From: the human T2T-CHM13v2.0 reference genome, Homo sapiens
Strand: one strand, 5' to 3'
DNA length: 64,000 nucleotides
Assembly: GCF_009914755.1 (NCBI RefSeq)
Contig: NC_060934.1
Shown here: piece by piece, positions 45,857 to 58,439 of the stretch
Layout of the letters: every line of letters begins with the position of its first letter
Position numbering within the stretch: position 1 is the first letter of the stretch
The notes under the pieces: generated by a model
Seen by the model: the letters and a program-made list of their open reading frames with translations, nothing else
Database searches by the model: none
What the model was told of the DNA's origin: nothing
Position numbers and translations under genes: made by a program

Positions 45857-46909
45857 TTTTCTCCCACCCTCCTCCCCACTCTTCCTAGCATTAATACTTT
45901 AAAGACAAATACACAACAGTATACAAGAATCAGGATGATCTGGACCTGAAAGGCTGAACACAGCAGGGCCCTCCTTCATGAACATTTTGCACCTAAGGAA
46001 ATAATAAGGTTAAAACTAGATTCATCTGGCCTTTGCCCAGGGGCCACCAGGACAGAAACTGTGTAAGATTAGTTCCTCCTTAAAGCAAGATTGCCAGGTA
46101 ATTCTGTTGCAAAGTCATAGAGACCTTAAGTTATCTGCCCTGCAAATCCCACTGCCTCTATTCAGGCTGCCGAGGCACTGCTTTAATTTTTTGAAAGATT
46201 CACCGCGTCTTCTTGGATTTCAAGAAAAATCCCGTTAAGAATTGAGGGGCTCTCTTCTTCCCCTCCTGACGTGAGTGTAACTCACTTCCTGGTATGTCTC
46301 CTTTCCTTTTGGCCTACATCCTTTGTCTGTTAGGTGCTTCCACATCCTTATGTCTTAAATGGCCAAAATACGTCACCCCCACTGCCAAAACACACAGGTC
46401 ACTCGAGGTCACAATCTGGAACATAGGCTGGCCATTGTTCAGCACACATTCTTGATCTAAATCAATCTCAAACCTTGCTGGAATGCCCTGTAAACTGGGG
46501 CAAAGTATGGTCACCAGACTAACCATTGTCCTTTTTTACCCCTCCTGTGACGGGGCTACTACAGGTTACAAAATCGCGCTCTTCCTCCTAGCTACTGTGT
46601 TACTCTGAGATATCTGACATCGCAGAGCTAATGTTGCCTAAATTATTTTCCCATCCTCTTTTTTTTTTTTTTTTCGGACATCATGCCTCCTATTTTCACT
46701 CTCTGGGAACTCTGCCAGTTTTTCAAGGACTGGGTAAAGAACAAAATAAATATTTGTAGGTGGTTTAAAAGGAGAAGTATGTTGGTTGTAACTCTGCCTG
46801 TCCAAAGAAATGCATTTTCACTGTCTTTCAGATTTTTGGAGTCGTTAACTGGGAGAGCTTCAGAAGATTGACTTTACTAGTTTACCTTTCAGATTTGTGA
46901 TTAAGGGCT

Positions 46910-46911
<2 letters not shown>

Positions 46912-46941
<30 letters not shown>
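46912..46941. repeat. (TG)n microsatellite upstream of the promoter
   Basis: Read directly from the sequence. Confidence 0.95.
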
Positions 46942-46943
<2 letters not shown>

Positions 46944-47476
46944 GTGTGTTGGGGGAGGGAGGAGTCTGAGAAAGTGAGCAAGTACGTAGAAACTTTTTTT
47001 TAAAAAGTCCAGATTAAGTGATTGAAATCGACTGTGTGCAAATGACGCTATACCTCTTCATAGATGTTAATCGGGCCCTAAAAAGTTAGTGCCGGAAAGT
47101 GCTTACTTACAACACTCAGCATATACTCTTTCTTTCAAATTGTTTGGGATTTTTTTTTTAAGGGAGTTCACTGAAATTTGGGAGGTTCAACAGGTTGCTG
47201 TTTTTTAATATGTGGATCACCCGATTTGGGAGGCTCACTCTGCCTCTGAGATTAAAGAGATGAGGGCACTGGCTCCCAGCGAAGGCTCTCGGCCTTAATC
47301 ATGTGTGAAATGTTTTCCTTCCTCGGCTGCAGAGCCTCGGTGGTTTGCAGCAGTGGAACCAGGCAGGCCCAGTTGTGGGTAGGAGAGGCCGTCACCTGTT
47401 GAGGCCTCCCCCCCACACCCCCGCATCGCCCTGCCCTGGCAGAGCCCAGCCCCCAGTCCCCGGAGAGCGCGCCTGA

Positions 47477-47504
47477 GGACGGACGGACGGACGGACGGAC
47501 AGAC
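47477..47504 (+). repeat. (GGAC)6 + AGAC tetranucleotide repeat
   Basis: Read directly from the sequence. Confidence 0.97.
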
Positions 47505-47733
47505 CTAGGGACGGAGGGCCAGGGGCAGGGGAGATCCAAGAGGCCCCGCGCTGGAATGCAGTTTTCTCGGGCGAGGGAGACTTTGCACCGGAGTGGAAAA
47601 TAGTTTGGGGTGGGGTTTCGCACCGTCCCCTCCTCCCCAGCCCCGGGCCCCCTCCCAGGCGCTTTCTGGGAGCTTTTAGAACTGCGCTCTGAAGTTTCCA
47701 GAGAGCGAGGAGCTTTTGCGGCAGGCAGAGACA

Positions 47734-47803
47734 ATGGAAGAAAATGAAAGCCAGAAATGTGAGCCGTGCCTTCCTTACTCAGCAGACAGAAGACAGATGC
47801 AGG
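47734..47803 (+). CDS. KIAA1217: KIAA1217 (sickle tail protein homolog), first coding exon, codons 1-24 (phase-1 end)
   Basis: acaATGg (strong Kozak) at 47734 translates MEENESQKCEPCLPYSADRRQMQ+G, followed by the consensus donor G|GTAAGT at 47804. Lies downstream of a CpG-rich region. I recognise the peptide as the human KIAA1217 N-terminus. Confidence 0.95.
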
Positions 47804-49409
47804 GTAAGTAACAGACCCATTCAAAGATGGAGTTACAGGGACGCGTGCCCCTTGCCGCTTGCTGCTTTTTATAAACTGCAGCTCTGGGACCCGGCAAAGG
47901 AAAAAAAAAAAAAAGGCAATTTCTTGGGATGGTACATTTTCCAAACTGAGTAGAGCATAGAGAACTGTGATTTCTTAGGCTTGACTTTATCTCTGGCACG
48001 ATTTTCTTAAGCAACAAAAGAGGTGGTGGGGTGATGTCACATTTGTAGTGCAGTGAGCCATCAGCATGAGCTGTATCTCTAAGCAATGACAAATAAATCA
48101 CTAAGCAGCTTTTAATCATTTCCCCCCGGGGCTCCAGCCACGGGAGAAAGGAGCTGTTTTTGTGAAACTGTCTCTAGGACCGCAGCTTCCATTCATTGGT
48201 TGGGGGATTCCATGTGGCAGATGCATGCTGGCTGCAAAGTTTGTGCAGAATTTTAGAGTTAAATCACAGAAACCAGGCATGTTTTATTTTACAGATCCGA
48301 GCAGCAGGGGAGGGCTTGAGCATCTGGGTGATAGATAGAACTCTGGATCTTCTTTTATGTTTTAATTCAAAACTTGGGAGTTGTTGGACAATTTTGGTAA
48401 ATTTTCTCCAGGCAGTTTCCCTTTAATTGTGTTTATAATAGACTTGTCTTTTCCGTAGGGAATTTCCAGAAGCTTATGTTGTTCCAAAGAAATTTCGCAC
48501 CGGGTTGGGTGGCCAGAGGAGGTCCCTGCTCTCTGGCATCTGATGCCTGTGATGCCAAGAGCTGATTCTGTGGGATCCTATAGGCAGCATGTTCATAAAC
48601 CACACAGCCCTGGACCACCCGCCCCACCCTCCCTCAGGTTCATGCAGGGGCCAGTACACAACAAAAAGACGTGCGGGAGTGCAGTGCTGTGCGTGGGAGT
48701 AGGGATTATGCACAGGGGAAAAGGTGTGTGTTTTATGAAAATGTGAAAGGGAAGTAACACATGACTCATCCACGCTGAAAATGCAAAGCTAAGCCAGTCA
48801 GGAGAACTTACAATGACAAGAGATAGAAATCCCCCAGTGAAATGCAGAAAACTTGAAGTTTTGTAATGGCTGGAGAATCCCTGAGTCTGAACAGTCATCT
48901 GTCGAAGTGTCTGCCTTCGTGCTGCCAAAGCACAGCACTCTCCTTCAGGCTACCGGGGTCAGTGGCATCCAGTGGAAGATAAGGCTACCTCGTCCCCCTG
49001 ACCCCCGCAACCCCCCACCCCCATTTTCTAGGACAGGATCCTACTTCAGGAATTCAACCTCTGGGCCTGTCCTGAAAGAGATGACTCAGATTCTAGAGGG
49101 GCCATTAGAAAGGGATCCATTTAAGAAATGACTTTCCAACAATCAGGGCAATTCAGAGGCTTCAGAGGCTAGGATGGTCAGCCTGAGACAGTGTGCTCCT
49201 TTGCTCACTAATTCATTCATTCAGTGAATATTGAGCATCTGTTATGTAGACGTCACTGTTTTAGCTGCCAGACATCCAGTGGTGAACAAAGCAGACTAAA
49301 AATACTTGCCTTCATTTAACTTCCAGTGTAAGGACCAAGTTTCAGGGGGTGGGGAGCTGGTAGAGACAGACAATGAACAAATAAATAAAATATATAGCAT
49401 GTTAGATGG

Positions 49410-49610
49410 CACGGCTGCTGGATTTAGCAAATAAAAATACAGGAGGCCCAGCTAAATTTGAATTTCAGGTAAACGGTGAATTTTTTTTTTTTTTAGTATA
49501 AGTATATCCCATGCCATATTTGGGATATACTTATGCTAAAAATACTTCTCCGTTATTTATGTAAAGTGCACATTTAACTGAGCAGTCCTGTATCTTATCT
49601 GGCAACCCTA
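49410..49610. mobile_element. MER53 hAT DNA transposon relic
   Basis: gatttagcaaataaaaatacagga..cccag.taaatttgaatttcag ... tatctggcaaccct. Confidence 0.8.
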
Positions 49611-49904
49611 TTTGATGGAAATAAGGTTACAGAGAAAAATAAAGCAGGAAAAGGAATAAGGAGTGAAACTGTAAATAGGATTATTAGAAAGAGCTTCGCT
49701 GAAGTGATATTTGAACAAAGACAGGAGAGGTAACAGCAAGGATGTAATGTTTTCAAAGAACAGCAAGAACATGGGAGAAGGATGGGAGGAAAAGAGATTG
49801 AGAGGTAATCCCAGGCCAGATCACCTAGGGCCCATGAAACCATTGTAAGGACTAGAGCTTTTATTTTGAAAGAGGTGGGAATCTCCTGGCAGGTGGGACT
49901 ACTC

Positions 49905-50157
49905 TTTTTTTTTTTTTTTTTTTTTTTTTATTAGAGAGGGTCTCATTTGTCACCCAGACTGGAGTGCAGTGGTGTGATCATAGCTCACTGCAGCCTTGAA
50001 CTCTTGGGCTCAAGCAATTCTCTGGCCTTAGCTTCCAAATAGCTGGGACTACTGGGACATGCCACCATGCATGGTTGTATTGTATTTTATTTTATTTTAT
50101 TTTATTTTATTTTATTTTATTTTATTTTAGAGAAGGGGTCTTGCTATGTTGCCCAGG
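49905..50157 (-). mobile_element. Truncated AluJ-like element with a (TTTTA)n linker expansion
   Basis: Alu right arm; (attTT)n at 50084-50128. Confidence 0.88.
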
Positions 50158-50379
50158 TGAGTTACAAAGGGATTTGTCTTTTTAAATGGGGTAATACTGG
50201 GTGCTGTATTGAGCACAATCCAAGTAGGGTTGAGGGAAGGGCAGGAAGGCCTTTAGGAAGCTTCTGCAGTCAAGGAGGCAAGAACCAGGGCTAGCTTGGA
50301 CCAGGCGGTGTTTAGCAGGCGGTGATAAGCCAGCAGATTCTAGGTGTATATTGAAGGTAATGCCCAAAGTATTTCCTGT

Positions 50380-50686
50380 AGCCTGGGCAGCATAGTGAGA
50401 CCCCATCTCTAGAAAAAAAAATTTGGCTAGGCATAGTGCCCTGTAGTCCCAGCTACTTGGGAGGCTGAGGCAGGAGGATCACTTCAGCCAGGAGGTTGAG
50501 ACTGCAGTTAGCCATGATTACACCACTGCACTCTAGCCTGGGTAACAGTGTAAGATTCTGAAAGAAAGAGAGAGAGAAAGACAGAGAGAAAGAGAAGGAA
50601 GGAAAAAGAAAAAAGAAAAAAAAAGAAGAGAGGGGAGGGGAGGAGAGGAGAGGAAAAAAGAAAAGACAAACAAGACAAGACAAAAG
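50380..50686 (+). mobile_element. 5'-truncated AluJ-like element with a long A/G-rich tail
   Basis: Alu right arm; purine-rich tract 50560-50686. Confidence 0.88.
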
Positions 50687-51249
50687 CAATTGCTAAAGGA
50701 TTCAACTTGGGATGTAAGAGAAAAAGAGGAGTCAGAGACAACTTCCAAAATTTTGGTGTAAGCTGCTGGGAGAACGGAGTTGCCATTTGCCTAAGTTGGG
50801 GAGTATTTACGAAGAACAGATGAGAGGGTGTTTATGGTTTGAGGTTCTGAGGAGCAATCTTTTGATAGATTAGGATTGAGAAGTTTATCAGGTATCCAAG
50901 TGGAGATGTTGACTACAATTTGGATATTAATCACTAGAGCTGAAGGAAGACTGAGAACTGAGAGATCCCCTAAGATTGAATCTGTGTGCAGAAGAAAAAG
51001 TCCAAAGGATGCCCCCCGAGGCAGTCCAGCATCTAGAGGTCAGGGAGATTGGAAGGAAGGGCTGGAAAAAATAGCAAAAGTGGAATAAAAATCCAAATTA
51101 GATTTTTAAAATCCTGTTCAGTTCTGGGTGAATATGATGCTGTAGAGAAGCATGGCTTCATTTTTAGTTCTCCCGGTGAGCACGAGTGCCGCAAGGGAGA
51201 GCAACATCTCTGATGCTAACATCACCCATAACGTTCATTTCTATCATTG

Positions 51250-51430
51250 CATTCTCTCTTGTGTCTGCCTGTGTATCTGTTTTACCCAATGACAATGTGA
51301 TATTCCACAGCAAGGACCATGTTTTATTTATTCACGTTTGCATTTCCAGCACCTAACAGAGCACTGGGCAACCTAACAGAGCACTCACTGGGCACTGTAG
51401 AAGGCACTCAATAATCATTTGTTGAATGAA
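51250..51430 (+). mobile_element. L2 3' end
   Basis: ggcactcaataatcatttgttgaatgaa. Confidence 0.65.
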
Positions 51431-51489
51431 AGGCTAATTTTACCACTTCGGGACTTTGAGTTTATTATCCTGCTATAGATAAGGATCCC

Positions 51490-51620
51490 TAGGGTGATCA
51501 TGTAACTTATTGTCCAAATGAGATCCTTTTGAAAGTGAAAGGGAACACTCAAATAATTTTACTGGGACAACAGTTGTAACCCAGAGCTGTTTTGGCAAAC
51601 TGGGGTATATGATCACCCTA
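51490..51620. mobile_element. MER94-like hAT-Blackjack relic
   Basis: Perfect 12-bp TIR tagggtgatcat ... atgatcacccta. Confidence 0.8.
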
Positions 51621-51984
51621 AGAATAGCTCTAATCAACGAAGCTTCCACGGCTGAATAGCCCAGCTACCAGGTAAATAACAATGGGGAAGTGTAGCGCAT
51701 AGTGTGCTTTGCGGAGTAGGCACTCAACAATTATTGGTGGAACATGAATCTAACTGTATCATATTCTCTTTGAAGCCCATGGGCTCTACATTGTGACCCT
51801 GGGGCATAGGCATTCCTTGGGATGACTCTGTCCACAGCAGTCCTGACGTGTGTGCTTTTGCTCTGGTTCCTAAGGTCTTGAAACCTCTATGCAAGTGAAG
51901 TGCTATTAGCCCACCTGCTTGCCTTCCCCACTGTCTGATTGGCAGCCTCCCATCGAGTGCAAGCCTGGGGAATCAGATATGCAG

Positions 51985-52235
51985 CAGCCTCCTCTAAAAC
52001 AGCCCCCTCAGTCTCTGTACCCTTATCCCGTTTCATTCTTCAAAGCACTTACCGTTACATGACATTTAGAGTCTATATGATTTGTTTGTGGTTGGCCTCT
52101 CTATTTCAAATGTGGACTCCTCTATGAGGGCATTAAGTCTGACTTGATCTACTTCACACTGTATCTCCTAACTCCTTTCAGTGTGGGAGCAGGCAGTCAA
52201 TAAATATTTGTATGAATGAATGAATCAATCAATCA
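51985..52235 (+). mobile_element. L2 3' end
   Basis: gcagtcaataaatatttgtatgaatgaatgaat. Confidence 0.65.
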
Positions 52236-52422
52236 GTGCTTGACACAGAATGCTTTTCTGGGAAGAGGAGCTCCTGTCTCTATTTTGTCTAAGATCTATA
52301 CCAGAAATCCTCTTCATCACTGGTAAAATTTTAAGGTACTATAGAGGAATATAATGACCTATTTTCAGCTGTAATTTCTGTGCTGATTTGCATATATATT
52401 ATGATAGTAACAAGGGAGCTAA

Positions 52423-52706
<284 letters not shown>

Positions 52707-52765
52707 CAAGGGAGCTTGAAAACTGAGGGATGCTGTAGGATTCTGCGGCCTGCTAACCGATTATG

Positions 52766-53183
52766 TGTATTAATCAGATAGGCTAATTGTTGTAACCACC
52801 CTCTAATCTTGGTGGCTTTGCATGATTAAGGTTAATTGTTCACTCAGACACAACACAGTGTGATTTCTGTGGCCAGGTGGATTTCCTGGGTGGCCGCTGA
52901 GGCTCCTCCTGCCTTGTCACTATGGCATCCCCCACGGCCTTGGAGGGTTCTGCTGGATCCTTTGTATTCAACTGGCCAAAGAGTAAAGAGAGAGAGAACG
53001 TGGAAGGTTATTTGGGAGGTCTAGGGGCCCCAACAAAAGGTGGCCCACATGGCTTCTGCCCACAATACATTGACTGGAATTAGTACAAGGCCCCAGTGAG
53101 ATGGAGATGGCTGGAAAATGTGGTCTTCCTCTGTGTGCAGCAGAAGAGCGTTCTGGTCGAACACATAGGGCTGTCTCTGCCAC
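52766..53183 (-). mobile_element. MLT1J-like MaLR LTR
   Basis: tgtattaatcagataggcta...ggctggaaaatgtggtct...gtctctgccac. Confidence 0.6.
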
Positions 53184-55071
53184 GGTACACCCAGAGAGGT
53201 TGTACAACCAGACCAAACAGCAACTCCCTATGATGCTCCCTATGACAAGAGAGCTTCTCAGCACAATTGAGAAGGAGACAGCTAACCAGAAGCCACTAGA
53301 AAGAAGTGAGGGATGCCTTCCCTAAGAGTCTGTGGCCTACCTAATCTTGACCCAGGAATAGGATCTCAGGGAAGCCATCAGCACTGTTGCTGGCTCTGGA
53401 GCAGGTGTGGAATGCCTGAGTGGTGCAAGGCCCCAAATCCCTTGCTGCAGGTCAGCTGACCCAGCCAGAGTAACCCGAGTTGTGGCAAAGAAGCTGGCCT
53501 TGGCAGCGCCTGCAGTTGCCTACCTGCCGGACTTGCAGTGCGGCTTTCTCCTTGAGGAGGCCCCATCTTCCATGAGCCTCTGCGTGTTTGGTGTCTGCCC
53601 CAGCCCCTACTTTCTATGCTTTCTTTCCAGAATGCCAAATCCTAGCCTGGGAGCTCCTTGGATTCCTGAAGAGTGTCCCTTTAGCATTTCTGCCTGCCTT
53701 GTCCTCACTTCTCCAGGGAATGTTCCAGGGATTTTGCTCGGCTTTAAGCTCCTATGTTGCTCTTTGCCCTGCTTGAAGTGAGCTCCCAGGAGGAGTTGCC
53801 CTGGGCTCTGCAGAGGCTGGGAGGGGCAGGAAAGGGAAACAGGACTGCCTTTCAGCAAGCCCAAGCCTTGCCTTCATGCTACAGCTTCATTATTTTGTTT
53901 GACAAGGATTCCCAGAATAGCGAACAGCTAGACACACCCATATTTAAATGTTAACACCAAAGCGCATTCCAAACAAGAAATCGAATTGTATTTCTGTTTT
54001 GATGACTTGGATAATCCACACTTGAGCTTTTCTCTATTCATGTGGATAATGAGGAGTTGGCCAGGCTCAGATCTCTGACAACATGGCTGTGGAATTGTGA
54101 CTAAATGTCCTCTGCCTGATCCCTCTCTAGTTTGTAATCATTCTTAGTTTTTCTCCACTGAAAAGACCACATTCTCCTTAAATGGCTGGAATGGCAGAGT
54201 TGTTGCTTCTCCCCCAGGTGTGGGGCTTGACGCTTCCAAGAGCTGAGCCTTGTCGAGGAAAAGGCTCAAGTGACAGATGTGGTGAAGTGCCTTTGTGTGG
54301 AAAGTGGCGTTAGGTGGCTCTGAGTGCTGGTGACAGGAGAGCAGGTGCCTCGAGGTAGGAGGGGAGGCAGACAGGATGATAGAGCATTGGGCATTGGGTG
54401 GAAGGCACAAGGCAGGAAATTGAGACAAAAGGAAGGAGTGAGCTCCAAAGGCAATCCGATGTTTGCCAAGTGGCTGCATTGAGCCTTCTAGCCTTGCTAG
54501 TGGTTGATGCTTTTTGTACCTTTCCTCTAAATCGCATCAATCCTTGTTAAGCAACTGGAGATATTTTGGAAAAATCCACAAGAAAGAGAAAAAACAGAAA
54601 AGCAACATGAGGTGAAAAGTGCTAGGAAAAAAACAGGGGTCTGATGAGTCTAGTCCAGTAAGTCAGGGCTGCTCAAAGATTAATGTGGACTGAAGATTGG
54701 CTCTGACCCCCAAAACTCTCCCCTTCCATCTCCCTTCCCAACTCATTTCAAAGAAGAAAGAGGGTTTATTGTCCCGGCTGTCTTGAACTCTCTTGATGCT
54801 CTTTGGATGAAACAGAATAGATCATATGAGCCTGTGCAGCATAGTAAGGCAGGATGCGACTTTCTGCCGTTATTGCCGTTGGACATGCATGGATGTTTAT
54901 CTGTATGGCTGTATGTGTGTATGTAGACAGATGTGTGTATGCCTGCATAAGAAATCACCTTTCCAGAGGCTCAATCCTGTTAATTCATCTAGCTGTCCTG
55001 GATAACTTAAAATATATTTTCTTAATAATGTCAAAACTAATCTTCCAATTCCACTTAAAAGTCAATAGCAT

Positions 55072-55592
<521 letters not shown>

Positions 55593-56977
55593 AGAGTGTT
55601 AGATCAAGTATACAACAATTTTGGCTGATATGAAACACATGCACAGCACTCAAAAGATAAAGCTAAACCTCTTCAGATTGCACAGGTATTTATCAACCTG
55701 AGAGACAGCATTTTTGGCATCTAGCTTTGTTCAGTAGATCCTGTTATTTCTCTGTTATTAAGGAAGAGATCATTTTAAAGGTAGCCATGATGTGAGTCTA
55801 AGTGTTGGAAGCGCAACCTAAATAAATGAAATGACAGTTTAGCCCCCAATATCTTTTAAACCAATAGTTCCATCTTCTTCTCCTTGTAAACTTACTGCTG
55901 AAACTAATGAAAAGTAGAAGAATTGACTAATTTGGCTGTGCTTTTCCTTCCCTTCCCCATCAGTGTCTGATGGAGATGCTATAATTAGCAATGTAATGAG
56001 AATTGAAGGGTAAACAAGAAGAATTATTCCCAGAACACATATCAAGGGTTAGAAGACTGGAACAGGAAAACCAGCCTGAGATGAAAATATTTTCTCTGCC
56101 CAACCAACGGGCATCTATACCTAGAGTTCTATATACAGATCTTTCTAGGCAAAGACAAGGGAAAGAGTGGTGGTCACATTGCTTTCAGGAAACTGGTTTA
56201 TGCCTAGATTCTTAACACCTGTTGCTTTGCAAAACTAGTGTGAAGGATTGGTTCTCTGTTTATCTGGGATTCAACTGAGCAGAACTCCCAAATATTAAAT
56301 CTGTATTTTTCTGCACTTAACTTGTAAAGATAAATAATTGGCAAATATGCTTCTATTGGAAACTTATTTTTAAAAAAATTAGAATAGTTTTAAAAGATTT
56401 AGAGGTAGAAGGCTCTTTGCATACCTAATGTTAGTTCAGTCGTCTTCATTTTATTCATGAAGAGAATGACACTGAGAGAGGTCACATCATTTGTTCTAAA
56501 TGTCGGATTAAAGCCAAGATTCCTGAGATCCAGCCTAGTACTTTTTCCAGGGAATTCAGTGGACAAGGAAACATTATTCTGCCTATATCAGCAATACTTT
56601 ATGATAAGAACTGTTCTTCGTGAAGAGCCTGACTTCATGAAGAGAGCCTGTCTAACTCCTGAAGTGCTTCTGAATGTTTTACTTTTTCTCCCTAATCTAT
56701 TTGTTTTTTTTAAAAAAGTAACTCTTTTTTCTGAGCTAGCTGGAATATTCATACCTGACACCCCATCTCCCAACCATCGAGGATGAATGGAGATTCCCTT
56801 TACATGCTCCCCACTCTCAGCATTGACATCATATGACTTGGTTGATCTGTTCTTAGCAGAAACCAACTTGTCCCTTCAAAGCCAGCTCAGAAGGCAGGAT
56901 GTCTTAGGTCCAGGCTATCAGGATGTACCATTGCTCTTCCTTTTCACTGTGTTTTAGGTAAAGTCCACCTCAAGTAA

Positions 56978-57318
<341 letters not shown>

Positions 57319-57639
57319 CTCGATTGTTACTTCTGATGGTATTCTTATGCTTGCTTGGTTTATGCCAATATGAGAAAATAAAATTTTCAAATGGTTCACA
57401 TGTGTCAATGATTACTTACGTACAGGGTGATAGCTATTTTTGTTCTTGGTGATGAAGCAAATGTTTCAGAAACCCGACTGAGCTTATATAAGAATCCTGT
57501 TACCAGAATGCAACTGTTATTAAAAATACAGAAATAATCAGAATCACTGGAGTTAACTCTTTCTATAATTACAGACAAGGATAAGGAATAACCCTATTGC
57601 CTGCACACAAGTAGCCTAACCAAGTGTTCTTGAGGGTTT

Positions 57640-57937
57640 TCTTGTTTTTGTGTTTTGAGACAGGGTCTCACAACTGTCACCTACCCAGGCTTGAATGCAG
57701 TGGCACGATCATAGCTCACTGCAGCCTTGACCTCTTGGACTCAAGCAGTTGTCTTGCCTCAGCCTCCCGAGAAGCTGGGACCACAGGCGTGCACCACTAC
57801 GCCTGGCTAATTTTAATTTTTTGTAGAGATAGGGGTCTACTATGTTACCCAGGCTGGTCTCGAACTCTTGGGCTTAAGCGATCCTCCCGCCTTAGCCTCC
57901 CAAAGTGCTGGGGTTACAGGCAGGAGTCGCCATGCCC
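57640..57937 (-). mobile_element. AluJ-like, ~220 bp upstream of exon 2
   Basis: Alu consensus. Confidence 0.92.
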
Positions 57938-58155
57938 AATGAACATCTTTATTTCTAAAGTACGATTTTTCATATTTCTTTGATTGTGGATTTTCTCCCC
58001 TGACTGCTGCAAAGCAGAAAAAGAAAGAAAAAGAAAAAAGATTTGCGAAGTTAACATTCATACATTAACAACTGCCGCAAACCCTCTTGGTGTTCTGCAA
58101 ATGAGACTTCTAGTGTGAAATCATTAATTGTGAACCGAATTTTTTTGTCTTTCAG

Positions 58156-58439
58156 AACAAGGCAAAGGCAATCTGCATGTAACATCACCAGAAGATGCAG
58201 AATGCCGCAGAACCAAGGAACGCCTTTCTAATGGAAACAGTCGTGGTTCAGTTTCCAAGTCTTCCCGCAATATCCCAAGGAGACACACCCTAGGGGGGCC
58301 CCGAAGTTCCAAGGAAATACTGGGAATGCAAACATCTGAGATGGATCGGAAGAGAGAAGCGTTCCTAGAACATCTGAAGCAGAAGTACCCCCACCACGCC
58401 TCTGCAATCATGGGTCACCAAGAGAGGCTGAGAGACCAG
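58156..58439 (+). CDS. KIAA1217: KIAA1217 second coding exon (284 nt), codons 24-118
   Basis: Acceptor ttttttgtctttcAG|AA with a candidate branch site (tcattaat, ~58121); donor CAG|GTACGA at 58440. In frame with exon 1 (70+284=354 nt): EQGKGNLHVTSPEDAECRRTKERLSNGNSRGSVSKSSRNIPRRHTLGGPRSSKEILGMQTSEMDRKREAFLEHLKQKYPHHASAIMGHQERLRDQ. The RRHT and AFLEHLKQKYP blocks resemble the N-terminal region of SRCIN1. Confidence 0.95.

Larger units (their letters stand above)
47290..47890 (+). promoter_or_regulatory. KIAA1217: GC/CpG-rich proximal promoter and 5' leader of KIAA1217
   Basis: Marked rise in GC content and CpG density around the first coding exon, with GC/GT boxes (ccccccacaccccc, ggggtgggg). 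The exact TSS cannot be read from sequence. Confidence 0.8.
49213..51075 (-). mobile_element. Fragmented L2 LINE, interrupted by MER53 and two Alus
   Basis: ttcattcattcagtgaatattgagcatc terminus; purine-rich L2 body resumes at ~49610, ~50170 and ~50690. Confidence 0.65.

Noticed and set aside
47252-47944. 230-aa minus-strand ORF, the longest in the track
   Set aside because: Antisense to the GC-rich promoter and exon 1, where stop codons are scarce. It translates a poly-A run (FFFFF) and the GGAC repeat (SVRPSVRP), has no recognisable domain, and starts at a non-ATG codon.
51351-51394. 20-bp tandem duplication (acctaacagagcactgggca) with a nested 4-bp duplication; similar micro-duplications near 112-157, 30600-30645, 42991-43037 and 58730-58752
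   Set aside because: Ordinary replication-slippage products with no sign of function.
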